Source: Callorhinchus milii (Eukaryota). Taken from it: a DNA stretch of 64,000 bases. The notes beneath the pieces were generated by a model. That model was not told where the DNA came from and did not search any database. It saw only the letters and a program-made list of their open reading frames with translations. The stretch is taken from contig NW_024704742.1 in NCBI RefSeq assembly GCF_018977255.1, positions 3,536,001 to 3,600,000 on the forward strand, written 5' to 3'. Of this stretch, positions 12,986-26,128 are shown one piece after another. Both the position numbers and the translations under genes were made by a program. Within the stretch, counting starts at the first letter, position 1, and each line of letters opens with the position of its first letter.

Positions 12986-14300
12986 CATGAACTCAGTCCT
13001 CTCGGACTGGTGCAGAAGCCTTGGGGGTGGGGGCACAATCAGAAAGAACGTACAGGTGTGTGTCACAGTCACCCCCCCCTCAGTCCCCCACCCCGACCTC
13101 CAGTTCCTGAAGGACACTCCACCATATACTACCTTTCTGCATTGCTCCAAGCCAGCAACAAATGGACGTGAGCTCACTGCGGGCTGGGCAGAGATCAAAA
13201 GCAAGTGTTAATCTCTCTTTCCACATGGCTGAATGCAAATAAATGCGCGCCTGACACAAGCCAGCCAGGGAACGAGGTTCTCACCGTGACGGTGCTCGAG
13301 GTTTTATCTTTTCAAAAAAAAGAAGCGCGTTTCAAAATGCTTTCTGACGTCTTGGGGGATACATACTGTATTAACGTTAGACCGGCTAGGAATCTGGCAC
13401 GTGCTGTGTCGATAGAGCGTTAGATGATATTACAGCCACCGCCACACCATTGGGCCACCAGAGGAACAATTTGAAAATCAGATGTGTAACAGGAAAAACA
13501 CCTACCTTCGTTTGCCACGTTTCCAGCCGTCCCTACGAGAGCATGTGGAAAAAACCCCACCGCACAGGTAGAAAGCATGACTTGCTCACAGGCACAAGCA
13601 AAACTCACCAGGATCGAACCGGTCTAAAAAACTGGGTTCAGAGATCGGAGCACTTGCGGGGAATAGCCCGAGCGAACACTCTGCAGACTTTCTCAGCACA
13701 GTTCGGTACTCTGCCCACCCCCCGCCCCACTGCAGGTCTGTGAACCCTAAGGGTCAGCTCGTTTTACAAGGGTAGCAAACAAATCAAGACACTCACCACA
13801 ATACAAGTTAGGTAATATATTTTCTACAGCAGCGCACGCTCCCCCCAAGAGAAGCAGTCCATGTGTTTGTGATTAAGATGCTTTGCTGGGCTCCTATCGG
13901 TTTCTCACTCCCTTTACAAGATTTTCTACGCAGCTATGCATTCTGAAATGTCGATTAACTAGAACGGAGTAGCAGATTCCTTTTTACAGCGTTTCAAACA
14001 GTAACCATCTGTTCGTCACAATAATTCATACGGGCACTGGCTTCTTCTCAGGTTTCCTCAGACATCCGCGCAGGAGCAGCGGCGGGCTGGAAGCTGAGCC
14101 GCTCTCAAGTCAGGAGAGAGAGCGACGGCCAGCTCCGGTCCCACATGTTCATCATCAGCCCCAAAAATGCTGATCTTTCCAACTGCCAGTCCCACCGCAT
14201 TCCGATCGGGACCGCAGCTTTTGTCGGGAAAAAAAAACATATATCTACCGAAACGTACGAACCCACCATCACTGGGGATGTGATTCTGGCAGCGGTGCTG

Positions 14301-14710
14301 GGGTGGGTGGGTGGGTGGTTGGGTGGGGGGGGTGGGGAGTGTGTGTGTGTGGTGGGTGGGTGGGTGGGTGGGTGGGGTGGGGAGTGTGTGTGTGTGTGGT
14401 GGGTGGGTGGGGTGGGTGGGGTGGGGAGTGTGTGTGTGTGGTGGGTGGGTGGGGGTGGGGAGTGTGTGTGTGGTGGGTGGGGTGGGGAGTGTGTGTGTGT
14501 GGTGGGTGGGTGGGGTTGGGTGGGGTGGGGAGTGTGTGTGTGTGGTGGGTGGGTGGGTGGGGTGGGGAGTGTGTGTGTGTGGTGGGTGGGTGGGTGGGGT
14601 GGGGAGTGTGTGTGTGTGGTGGGTGGGTGGGGTGGGTGGGGAGTGTGTGTGTGTGTGTGGTGGTGGGGGTAGAAGGGGGGTGGGTGGGGGGGGGATGGGG
14701 TGGTGGGGGA
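14301..14710. repeat. G-rich compound minisatellite, about 9 units of GGGGA(GT)n(GGGT)n
   Basis: Directly visible. It accounts for the low-complexity ORFs at 14145-14821. Confidence 0.95.
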
Positions 14711-15374
14711 GAAAGAGAAACTGATGCCTTTAACACTTACATGCGATTCTACCGCTGTGTCGAATTACAGGCGCTTTCAAGGGGAAAATCAGCCTTATTA
14801 AAACTTGATTATCCCACTTAATAAACCAGCCAATGCTCTTTAGTCTTTTTAATGAGCTAATTAAATACTTGCCGATAAGACCGTTTATCATATAACAGTT
14901 TACGATAAGAAAGTCGGTGGTGGGGGAGGGCGAGGGATGAAAGATATCCTGAGGTTGGAGTCTAACCTCACAGCAGGTATTTTTCCATACTGGCTCACGG
15001 TGAAGACAAATACTCCAAGAAAGCCACATGGCCAAGCCACAGAAAAGCGTGCCAATTTTCTAAATTGTTTTATTGTTGTCTGGCCCGATCAGACGTCAGG
15101 AATAACATGGAATAGTAGCAATAGTTTTGATGAAAAGTTTCAATTTTCTTTTCCAACATCGCTGTATCTGGCACACGAGTGGAAAGCATTGGCCTTTATT
15201 ATTCCTTTTTTTTTTTTACGGGACTCAAAAGAAACCATGGATGGTCCTGCTGTAGTTTAACTAGGTTTCATATGGAGTTCCTGCCGGCTCTGACCCTGGG
15301 ACTCAACTGCGGATGGTTTCCTATTGCTCGTTTCTCTTGCTCAAGCGTTTGCTGGATTGTAACGCTACTTTTAT

Positions 15375-15710
15375 AAAACTTTTATCCTTTGAACGAGACC
15401 TTAAACCGAAGCCGTCGTCTGCCTGTTCAAAGAGATGTGAAAGATCCCTTGGCGCTACTCGAAAAGAGAAGGGAGTTTTTCCCGGCATCCCGAGGATTAA
15501 AAAAAATTGATCACGGCTGTTTGGTGCAACATTGCTGCATGCGACATTGACTGCTGCATATCTACAATACAACACAAAATGACATGTGTCGGGTGGATGT
15601 CCCAATGTGCTGGGATTTACACAGTCACTAGATTTTACAGTAAATCCTGCAAAGAAGCTTTGAGCCATCCTCCCTACACGAGGAGCGCTATTCAAATGCA
15701 GGGATTAAGA
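15375..15710 (+). mobile_element. Deu-domain SINE family B fragment
   Basis: TTAAACCGAAGCCGTCGTCTGCCTGTTCA...AGATCCCTTGGCGCTACTCGAAAAGAGAAGGGAG. Confidence 0.75.
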
Positions 15711-16125
15711 GCCCTGGGACGCCGTCTTGCGTGAGGGGGGGGGTGGTGCTATATAAATGCAAGTTGTTGATTGCTATTGTTATTACGTAGGTTGCACCGT
15801 TTAATAAACACGGCAAAGTTCATTCGTATTCCAATGTTTGCACTTCTTGTGGCATAAACCAGTGATTTTTTTTATTCTAATTTTTCCAGGAATATGCGTC
15901 GAGGGACACAGGTCAGGCCTGCAACCTCTGAGTAGCAATTTGCTGATTTGGGTCGTGGAGATGGTGAGCAGAGATTAGGGCTATTTGAATCAGGAGGTTA
16001 GTAAATCAGGAGAGAATATGCAGCAGCCTACCCTGCCATGTGTCTTGCTGTACCAGATTATTGCAGAGCAATGTTGACAGAGGGCTGAAGACTCACAACT
16101 TCAACTATCATATAACCACTGCACT

Positions 16126-16459
16126 GTGGAGTCCTGTAGTGCAGTGGTGAGTGCGAAACCTTTGGCAAGTTTCCTTACTCCACACGCCTCTGTTTACCTT
16201 GCAGTAAGTAGGAACCCGATTGTTAGTCGATTGGCAGATTGCTTCCCAGGGGGCAATAAGCCCCCTCCCCCCCCCCGCCCCCGAAAAAAAATTGGGCACC
16301 GAATCCACGACTGTTTGTGGAGACGCCGCTGTGCGCAACTGACTGCCTTGTTTCGCCCACAAGATACACAGTCAATTCACTTTACAATATATCCCGTGAA
16401 GCGCTTTGAGACATCTCAGCAACGTGATAAGGAGCCGCATCGAATGCAAGGATTGTTAT
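16126..16459 (+). mobile_element. SINE family A with deleted B-box region
   Basis: GTGGAGTCCTGTAG start followed by the family A body and tail. Confidence 0.85.
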
Positions 16460-16974
16460 CAAATGGAGGAGGAGACCTTTTTAAAAGAAAACAATAATTT
16501 TGGGAGTGGAGTAAAATACCTGAAATAAATCTAAATACATTTGCAAGGGGAGGGGGAAAAAAAATAGGTTTTAAAAGAAATCACTGCACTGTGCAGGGAG
16601 CAAACGAGTTCATGATAATCTTACGAAAGCTCAGTTGGTGATATGTACAATAACATCTGGACTCCTTTTCTAAAGCAATTGATCTACAGTTACCATAACT
16701 TGCCATACGTGACTTCTATTGTATAATAATAATAATAATAATCCTTGCATTTGATATAGTGGCCTCTCACAGCAATGAAATGTCTTAACATAACCTTCAA
16801 AGGCAATTGTTTGAGCTCCACTCTGAATTTATTAGCAAACCGCTGGACCCAAACAATAACAGTGAGTAATACACAATGCCAGAAAACTGTCACGGTTTTT
16901 AAGACTTTTTGTTTCTAAAGTACGTATGATTTTCTCAGTTCTATTTTCATTTAAATTTTCCCCCGGCCCTTTAG

Positions 16975-17197
16975 GGAACTCCGCGTGAATTCCTTTGGAA
17001 CTCTCTGCTTCAATCTCTCCACCTCTCTCCTTTCCTTGCCCATCTTCGGATTGCTTAGAAAGACCTTTCTCTTCAACCCGTGCCTACGGTCACCTCCCCC
17101 CTGTCTCTCTCCGGCTCCAATGCCAGGCTCCGCCACTGTTAAGCACTCCCAGACGCTGACCCACATGAAGGGCACTATATAAACACAAGTTGTTGTC
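16975..17197 (+). mobile_element. L2 3' fragment with tail
   Basis: CTTTGGAACTCTCT...CCGTGCCTACGGTCACCTCCCC...GCACTATATAAACACAAGTTGTTG. Confidence 0.75.
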
Positions 17198-17889
17198 GAC
17201 TCCTCTGTCCCACCAGTGGGAAACTGGACTCATTTGGAACACAGCTTGATGGTGTGAGTGCAGGACGGGGTTGGGTGGGTGGGTGGGGCGGGGGGGGGAG
17301 GATGGGGGCCTTAGGGAACAGTCAGGTGGGTGTTCTGAAGGATGAAATCAGATGAACCAAAGGGCTAATCTGCGATATCAACCGACCTCTCTGTTTGCAC
17401 CTTGGGTCATCTCCCTCCTAACTTCAGTGTCTCGCACCCTGCATCTCCGTAGAGCACTTTTGAGATGCTTAACTCGGTGAAAGGCGCCACATCAGGTGCA
17501 AATTGCTCTTATTTTCTCCATCGCACAACATCCTGATAATGACATCGATTCCAATCCACGCACGCAACGTCGCAAGATGTGGTGACCAGATATGCCAGTG
17601 ATGGCATGACCTTAGCAATTTGATACACGGAGAATGAGAAGAAGGAGTCACCAATCGACCACTGGATTCAACCACTTTGTGATGGTTTCTTGTATATTTA
17701 ATTACCCATTCCAGGATCTTTCGTAGAACGACCTAGACAGGTTACAGCATGAAAACAGGGCTTTTGATTCAAGTGATCTGGGTCGGTGTTTATATATACT
17801 CCAGACAAGCCCCCACCCCTCCTGTATATCAGTGCTTTGGGACGTCCTCCCAGTGTGAAAGGCACTATATAATTGCAAACTTATAATGG

Positions 17890-18085
17890 ATTGTATACGT
17901 CTTTATTCCCTTTCCCCTCATGTTTGCCTCAAGTTCCCTCTTAAATACATTGATGCTTTTTATTTCAACCACAGCTTCCGATAATGAATCCCACATTCTC
18001 ACCACACTCTGCGTAATGTTCCTCCTAGACTCCCTTTTAGATCTGCTTTTGGCTGCCTTATATTTGTGCACTCTCAATTTGGACT
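17890..18085 (-). mobile_element. CR1 LINE 3' fragment
   Basis: ORF 17865-18077: HKYK...TQSVVRMWDSL..AVVEIKSINVFKREL. Confidence 0.85.
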
Positions 18086-19374
18086 CATCTCAATGTCACT
18101 CATTTGGCACTGTTTTGTGTAACAAGGATGAAAAAAGTGATTTCAAATATCTGTCAAAATAATACCCTCTCTCCTGCGGTTTTACAAATCGAAAATACCT
18201 GGAAATGGGTCCAATTTGCGTCTGATGAACGAGGAAAAGATATATTCCCTGCCAAAGGCTCATCCCCATTTCTGCTGAATTTGAACGTATCAATTGAGGA
18301 AAAGTTTCATTTGGGGTTTGAAAAAAGATAAATTCTTTGAGAGGACTTCTGAGGTGAAAGGTAGTATGTCAAACGTGTGATTGTTATTCTTATCAATAAA
18401 GAAATTCCAATCTAGATTTCCATCCCCAAAGATGCCACTTCTGGTGAATTAGAGAGCCAATGGTTTATATCAATGCGGTCCTTAAAATGTGACATAGATG
18501 GCCAAAATACATGGTGGGAGTGAGATACAACTTAGCCCTTATAGGTATAAATCTCCACGAGTGCATAGATGTCAGAAACTTGCTGATTGGCATTCTACAG
18601 TACACCTGAAAATTCAATCACTGGTAAAAGACTTGGTGGATTTGTCTCTCCTTCAAGCTATTTTACGGTTACTGCGACACGAGCTATTCAGGAGTTACAC
18701 AGTGGGGGTAACACCGCAGTTTATTTCACGACTGAGGTAGACTGGAGTTGTCCAAAGGTTTTGCACACAAATGGAACTATGAATCAGCTATTCAGCTGCT
18801 CCCCATTGTGTTTTCCATTGAATCACACATGTGGAATTTTATATATATATATTTTTTTTTACTGTTTTGTTTTGGTTAATCATCGCACAAAAATATACGT
18901 GGACGGAACAAGAAAAGGTCATTAAGCCCATCAAACCCATGGCTACACTAGAACCTCCCCTGCTGTTGAGTCTGCTCACTTTCTCCAATCTGCAGGGAAA
19001 GGCTCCACACGGACACTCCCCAATCTCAAGAAACAACCAAGGAAAATCCGCAGACAACCCTAACCATCCCTCACATCTGCACTGCAACCATCGACTGTTA
19101 TGTGTGAAATCAAAAGAAATCTGCGGATGTTGGACATCCCAACTTTCATAAGTTGTTGTTGAAGATGGGGAAGGAGGGGACAAGGCGGAGGGATTGAGGG
19201 AAGCGTGTTCTAGAATTTTAGGGCGTAATGGCTGAAAGCCAGACCACCGATGGCTGCACTTTCAGTTACAACGCCCGAAAACAAACTCAGAAACAACGGA
19301 AGTCCACTGCGGGTCAATCGGCCACTGGAAAATAAAGTAAAGTGGACATTTCAGCATGGTCCTCGCAAGATCAA

Positions 19375-19640
19375 TCACATGAGAGCTTCATGTGAAGAAG
19401 CCCTGTGGCCTTTCCGGAACATGGCCTCTTTCTGTGGCCTATTCTGGAATGATCTCATCCTTCCAGAATATCCGCCCTGCAATTCCTCTCTGCCATCCTC
19501 ACCCTGGGTCACCTTTTTCTACGATGCTGGTGTATCTGAAAATATTGTTGTGGGATTACTTTCTCAATCTTAAAATGTTCCATACCTCTAAAAGGTCACG
19601 TCTGAGACATCTCTTTCCAAAGCTGAAGAGCCCTAGCCTG
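19375..19640 (-). mobile_element. CR1 3' fragment, decayed
   Basis: Reverse strand reads LGLFSFGKR.LRRDLLEV; the 3' UTR GATCTCATCCTTCCAGAATA matches the other copies. Confidence 0.65.
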
Positions 19641-21154
19641 ACTCATCATTTCTCACAACTCCACCAGAACCTGTGCTATTCTTCCTATTTCCTTCCAGAG
19701 CGTGTCTCATACTTTCCAGAGGTGAATAAAAACCTTTAATTGTTCTTCCAGGGTTCTTAGAACAGTTACACTGAGTTAAGCAGTGAAGCTATCAGGGTCA
19801 GCTACAGCCAAAACCTTCAGCTTCATAAACAAGGTTAACTGTGCCTTAGTTCGAATGGAGTCAGACTAATTGTGAAGCTGAGCATATTCTCGCATATCAA
19901 GTTGGATCTGAAGGTCTCAACCGAAGGAAGGCGCCTCCGTCAACCAGCACACCCCCAGCACTGCACTGGAGAGCCAGCTCAGATTATGTGAGTTCCATGC
20001 AAGGCTTTAAGAAGGCGTTCTGTGGTGGATCTACACTTGGACCTCGCTGACAATGTAGAGGGTGCAGTCACTGACGACAACTTGATATCCGAGGATATGC
20101 ACAACGTCACTGCAGCTAAACCTCAACCACTGCCCTTCTCGGTTGCTCGCACCAGCTCAAGGAGCCAGTACAAAGTGTGTTGTTCATCCCTCACCTCTCC
20201 TTTCAGCTTTTCATCCAATCTCTGACCAAGTCCACTTTCCTCCATTTCCACAACATCGTCCACTTCAGTCACAATTTCAACCGCACCCCTGTCACCTCCC
20301 TGTCTCTGGAGACTTTCTCTTACATCAAAGGCACTGCGTAAGTGCAAACTGTCGCAGTTGTACCCATGTCTTGTTGGCAGATGTCATGCAAAGTGTGGCT
20401 GAGGTACACTAATACCAAGAAGCTGTTCTGCCACACTACATACAAGTGGAAAACCCTGGGATTCTGGACAATGACGGACAGATAATTATTTTACTACCGC
20501 TTATGCAGGCATCCGTATTCTTACAGAGAGCTCGTTGTGCATGGTGTTACATCAGTGAATATACAAGTGCCGCGAGTGTTTGTTTAACCTTAAAGCAATG
20601 CTTTCTATTTATGTACACCAGGTGCAGACAGCAATCTGTCTAATTGTACCTTTTACTGCTGCTTCCATATTCAGTTGAAATGATTTATACGGCATTTTCA
20701 CAATGATTATGTTGATGGTAAATGCCACCGAACTGCTTTTATCATTCTATCTCTTTGATAACAATAAAGCCTCTAATAAAGTACATGCTGCACCATACAA
20801 ACAAGTAGTACGGTATTGACTTTTCCATAATTGCAATGATATAATGACAACCTTTTTGCAAATAAGGATTTTATTGTATCCAACCACTGCCTCTGATACT
20901 TATTTCAGACCACACGAGTCTTGACAGTGAGCGTTGGCAGGCTATTCTACCACAGAGATTTTGTACTAAACAGCTACACCTTTCAACAGGGAGAAGGGCG
21001 GTGGGTATGACTACATAGTGAGCAGAACAGAAACCCTGGATGATTTTCCTCTCTGTGATACAGAGGATAACTCGACTGTGTTTCTCCATCTATAGACCAC
21101 TGGATCCTGTCGCAAATTACAACTCCTCACCTGCTGCCCCACCTGAGGTTTCAA

Positions 21155-21395
21155 TCAATCCTTGCATTTGACATAGCACCTTCCACAATGGGAAGGCGAT
21201 ACGGGATATACTGTAAAGTGTAGCGACTGTGCTTTTTTTTTCCAGGCAAATGCTGCAGCTAATGTGTACACAGCAATGTCCCACAAAGAGCTGTGAAGTC
21301 ATTCATGGGGGATTTTTGGCCTGGGCGCCCTTCTTTTTGACTCACACCGTTGGATCTTTAACGTCCACCTGTACAGGCAGCTGGCGTTTAACATC
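21155..21395 (-). mobile_element. Deu-domain SINE family B fragment
   Basis: Shared tail plus GGATCTTTAACGTCCACCTG. Confidence 0.7.
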
Positions 21396-22268
21396 TACAC
21401 ATTTCTGAACCAATAGTCGCACAATTTGTGTCTCTTGAAATGGAAACGCAATCATTTTTTGGATGTAATCTAATCAAACCGATTGAATCCAGGTTGAGTT
21501 GACTTTATTCCAAATATTTTCTTAGAAGCATTTCAGTCTCTCCCTCGTGTATTTAATTCCTATTGCTACAAATTTTTAAACCAATAGTCACACAATCTTA
21601 AGTGTCTTGAAATAGAAACACAATCTTTTTTTTTAATGTAATCTAATCCCTAAGAACATAAGAATTGCTAGCTGAAAGCAGACCAAGTTCCATCCAGTTC
21701 TCCTTTCCACCATCCTGGCAGTCTCACATGCACATGTCTCGAACTCTATACTGTATAATTCTGTTTGAAATTCCTATTCTTGTCTCTTGCTACGAAAGTG
21801 CGAGTTACGGTTGTACATAAAGAAAGAAGATCAGACTGGTCAACAACAATAAGGAGCTAAAAAATTCAAATCAGAGATACTGGATGTTTCCAACAGGCTC
21901 TTTCAATGTGATTCATCTAAAAAAAATAACACGTTGGTTAAAAAAAACACACACACACACACACATAGGCTATTAATTGCTAATCTGACTTGAGAATTTT
22001 GGCAATGGTAGATATGAAATCATGTTTTTTTCCCCCCAATCAACCCAAACATCTTTACCAAAATCCTTTGCTATCATAACCGCCTGTGAAATTTTAGCGA
22101 TTGCCCTGTCTGAATTATGCAGTACCAAAACACTATCATAGTAGGTCATTTCAATTGTTCGTAGGCTTCTTTTCCACCTCCCACGTTGACACAGCATCGG
22201 TTTATTCATATAGCCCTAATATTTGCACCATGACATGAAATTACTTAATAGTGTAACAACAAATGTCA

Positions 22269-22281
22269 CCAGCAGGCGGCA
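22269..22281 (+). promoter_or_regulatory. CTCF-like motif CCAGCAGGCGGCA
   Basis: Near match to the CTCF core CCASYAGRKGGCR in unique sequence. Motif match only. Confidence 0.25.
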
Positions 22282-24322
22282 AGGAGCCCAAGTTACAGCA
22301 ATAACAGCCAGAATAGACAGCTCTGACCCCGTAGCACACCATTTCACTGAAACACTTGAGGGTTTATGTTTTACCGAAATACTTGAGGGTTTACGTTCAC
22401 GTCAGGCAAATGGCGAGTTTCACCAGCATGGAGATGAGGGTAGGGGAGACATGGGGGCGGGTGGTGAGGGGTCTTTGGGAGAGAGGAAAGAGCATGAGGG
22501 ACAATGGGACAGTTCCCAACCCTCCATCTTCCCCGCCACACACGCACGCACGCACGCACACACAATCACGGTGAACCTTCAGGGTTTCTTTCCAGCGTAG
22601 CAACCTCTGCAGCCTTGGCTACTGCACTGTGTGCCATTTCTTTCTCCTCTACTGGCAAACATAATAATAGCTCCAGCTACCCAGACAGACAGAGGAGCGC
22701 GATGTCAAAGCATAGGTCAGGCCGTCAAAGTGAGCCTGGGCCAGCGAGTTCCTAGTGGTTAGAACGCAGACAAGCGAACCTGAGAAACAATCTATTACCC
22801 TATTGTTCATCGGCTAGCATTAAACTCGAGCCCTGCTGTTAAATGAGAAACCACAAAGTAATTGTTTGGCTCGCGAACAATGAGACACAGTATTTTGTTA
22901 CGCTCCTATTTGTCAGAGCTAGCATGTTTTAATACTTTTTTCTCTGAACCAGCCGGAGCTGCAATCATCCTCTGTGCAGTTATCGATCGTTCAAGGGAGC
23001 GAGGCAAGAACGTTTGGTGAATCGCGTAATTGTTCTGCGGATGGGTGACAGCCAGAAGAGCCAAGCGGTATTGTTCTGGTACATAGGTTACGTTAAAGTG
23101 TTTCACTCTATGCCCGACAGCACTGCACCACGCTGGTTTTTTCCGCGTCCAACTGGAAAAAGGGTTTCCCCCAAACAGTTTTTTTTTGTGAAGATATTGA
23201 CTCTAAAGCAGTGACTCGCTGACATTTTGTCAAGAGTCACGCATCCAATGTTATTCTCTCTCTCTCTGTATATGTATATCATGTCATTGAGACGTCTCAA
23301 AGTGCTTCACAGAGTACACTGTAAAGTAGATTGACTGTGTATTTTGTGGGTGAATATATATCCTGTCTCCAGTAAAATCCCAGAGCTACTGGATAGTGGA
23401 CGGAAGACGAGAGAAAATGCACCCACGGCACCAGGTTTGGTAGCTCAATTTGGTGGAGGGGGGGCGGGAGGGAAAAAGAGGAAGCTGAACTGGCTTTAAG
23501 GAGATACATCTGACATAACCAAGCCATCCGAGGTAAATTTGCTGTTTAGACGTGTTGCCAGCTGAAGAGTTATGTCTAGTAATGCTGCCACATTCGCTTC
23601 CAAAATACAAAGTCACCGGATTTTACAGTAAACCCCAAACAAAGTTTAGGTATGTCCTGAGCGCATGAGACAAAGTTCTAGCAGTCAGAGTGGTCCTAGT
23701 TAGACAGGTACCACTATCCCCATCGGTTGAAGACCATGCGTGAGCAGCAATGGGCCAAATGTGGCCCCGACTGTATTTCGAGACCATTTGTGACTTGTTC
23801 CTTTTTTCGTAATAAGGCGATTTCCCCTCTTTTGTTTTGAAAAAAAAGATTGAAAAATTCAGATGAAATGGATCATGTCATTCATGGGCATTTTGTGGTA
23901 CATTGCTGTTTGCCGCCAGTGAATTAGTTGCCACATTGGCCTACAGAACAAACAGTTACTACACCGTACACAGTAAATCCTGTGAAGGGGTTTGAGGTGC
24001 CTTAGCCATGCGACAAGGCAATCCATCAAATGCAAGGTTTGCCGCTATTATTACTTTCCGTTTATTTTAAAAGATACGCGCAGAATAAAATAAAACCAAA
24101 AGAATAATCAAAACCACATAAAGTCTTCCAGCTGCTGTGAGACGAAGCCGCCAAATACTGCAATATATTTGATTCCTTTAACTCCCGAGCCTGACTGGAT
24201 CCAAATGTCCAGGCAACCTAAGCCTGTTACTCAGGAGATTGCATTTCCATTGATTAATCTAGATCCAATCTAAGTACACCATATACCTACAGTCATGAGT
24301 CTATTCATGAGCTCCCCTGGGA

Positions 24323-25010
24323 TGTAACAATAGGGGCAATGAAGATAAAGAGCGGTATCGGACTAGGTAACGGGGAAAATCCTGCATTTGTGGACCGCAT
24401 CGATGAGCAATCGTGGGGCAAGATCTCAACCCTGAGAATAAAGACCAAGAACAAATACAGTGATTCACCAGGAAAGATCTACATTGGTATCGGTATCGGG
24501 TTTTTTTGGTACCAGCGATTGGGAAGACCGCTAAGGTGGCTCAGGATGTAAAAAAGCAAGACCTGGCAGTGCGAAGGGGGCCAGGTCGGGTGGGCCTTTG
24601 GATTGGATTCCAGCGCCTAGGGGCGTCCTCCCGACGTGCTGTACAAATGTAACTTTGTATTGTACTCTCTCTCCTATCTCTGGGGCTCCATGAAGGAGTC
24701 TGTGGCCCAGGAGGGCTTGTAATCACAGGCCTGAGGTCACCTGGCTGACCAGGCTGTTGTAGAGACTATGATTGAATACTGAGGAGGGGTTGTGAGATGG
24801 GACAGTGGATGTAAAGAGGGGTTGCAGGACACTGACTGTGGACCCAGTCAGCCTGTACCCCCTCGGAAACTGTTAGCGCTACAGAGTGTGGTCTTTCTGT
24901 GTCGGGGCCGATGAGGTCTCCCCCTCCCTTTAGTGTTAATAAACCAGGTGATTCTTGAACCGAGCGTGTCGGTACACATCTATGGCTCAGCGTCCGCGGT
25001 GCGTGTTACA
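24323..25010 (+). mobile_element. Probable solo LTR (688 bp)
   Basis: Begins TGTAACA and ends TGTTACA (7-bp perfect terminal inverted repeat, TG...CA). AATAAA at 24938-24943 lies ~70 bp from the 3' end. No clean target-site duplication (GGGA vs GGAC). Confidence 0.65.
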
Positions 25011-25084
25011 GGACATTAGTCAAAGAGAATTATTGAACGCTCGCAAAACTTGGAATGACTGGACCAGTTACGGGGAAGTGAACA

Positions 25085-25345
25085 GACACCCTCTCCTCCG
25101 AGTCAGAAGGTCGTGGGTTCAAACCCACGTTGGAACCTGGAACTCGCAAGTCCAAGCCGACACTGCAATACGGTTCTGGGGGCTGTGTTCCGTGGTTGCA
25201 GGCGCCATCCTTTGGGCGACACGTAAAACCAAGATCCCAGGTGCCTTTCGGGTCGAGATTAAAGACCCTATTGAAAAAGAGAAGGGTGTTTCTCCCGGCG
25301 TCCTGTCCAACAATCCCACCCAATAAAATTGGTCACTCACCTCGT
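25085..25345 (+). mobile_element. Deu-domain SINE family B
   Basis: Head CCGAGTCAGAAGGTCGTGGGTTCAAACCC; body GAAAAAGAGAAGGGTGTTTCTCCCGGCGTCCTG. Confidence 0.8.
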
Positions 25346-25411
25346 AATATTAATAACAACAACAACAAAATTACATTTATAGAGCGCCGGTCACGTCGGG
25401 CGGGAGGACGC

Positions 25412-25850
25412 GATAATAATCCTTATTGCAGTTATTATATCAACTGTAAGGATTATTACAGGGGATAATAATTATTATAATTACAGGATATACTGCAAAG
25501 TGGATTGACTATGCATTTTGTGGGTGAAACGCGGCAGGATGTTGCACACACCGACGTCCCACTAACAACCGAGGAGCGAGTGACCAATTTTATTTGAGGG
25601 GGTGGGGGGGCGGAGGGGGATTGTTGGCCAGGACACCGAGAGAAACTCCCTTCTCTTTTCGAATCGTGCCGTGGGATCTTTATAACGTCCTATTGACCAG
25701 GCAGGACGGCACCTCCAACACTGCAACACGTCTCCAACACTGCACTGGGAGTGTCAGCTTAAACTAAATGACTCCAAGCCCCGAAGAGGAGTCTGAACGC
25801 ACAACCTTCAGACGCAGGGACGAGAATCTACCCCAGCGCCAGGCTGACAC
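25412..25850 (-). mobile_element. Deu-domain SINE family B, near full length
   Basis: Reverse-strand head (TGAACGCACAACCTTC), Deu body (GTGCCGTGGGATCTT) and tail. Confidence 0.8.
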
Positions 25851-26128
25851 TCATGGGGCATTGCCTTGCAGAAAATTCAGTGCCTAATTTGCCTACAAAA
25901 TGTACAGTCACTGCACTTTACGGCAGCACTTTGAGATATCCTCCTGACCTGAAAGCCGCTATGTCAACACGAAAACTATTTACTGTTGTTTTGGGCAACA
26001 CAATCAGGGTTCTGAAATGGGCTGTCTAGAAATCGGATGATTTATATATTGCGCATCAAATGTTTTACGTGCTTTTTTTCAACGCCAAAGTGTATTTTTG
26101 CTCACTCACAGCATCCTTTATGACACAG

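Noticed and set aside
14052..14225. Plus-strand acceptor followed by a GC3-leaning frame (VSSDIRAG...MFIISPKNADL)
   Set aside because: No suitable donor and no recognisable product.
14145..14821. Long overlapping ORFs (137-175 aa)
   Set aside because: They are translations of the G/T-rich minisatellite.
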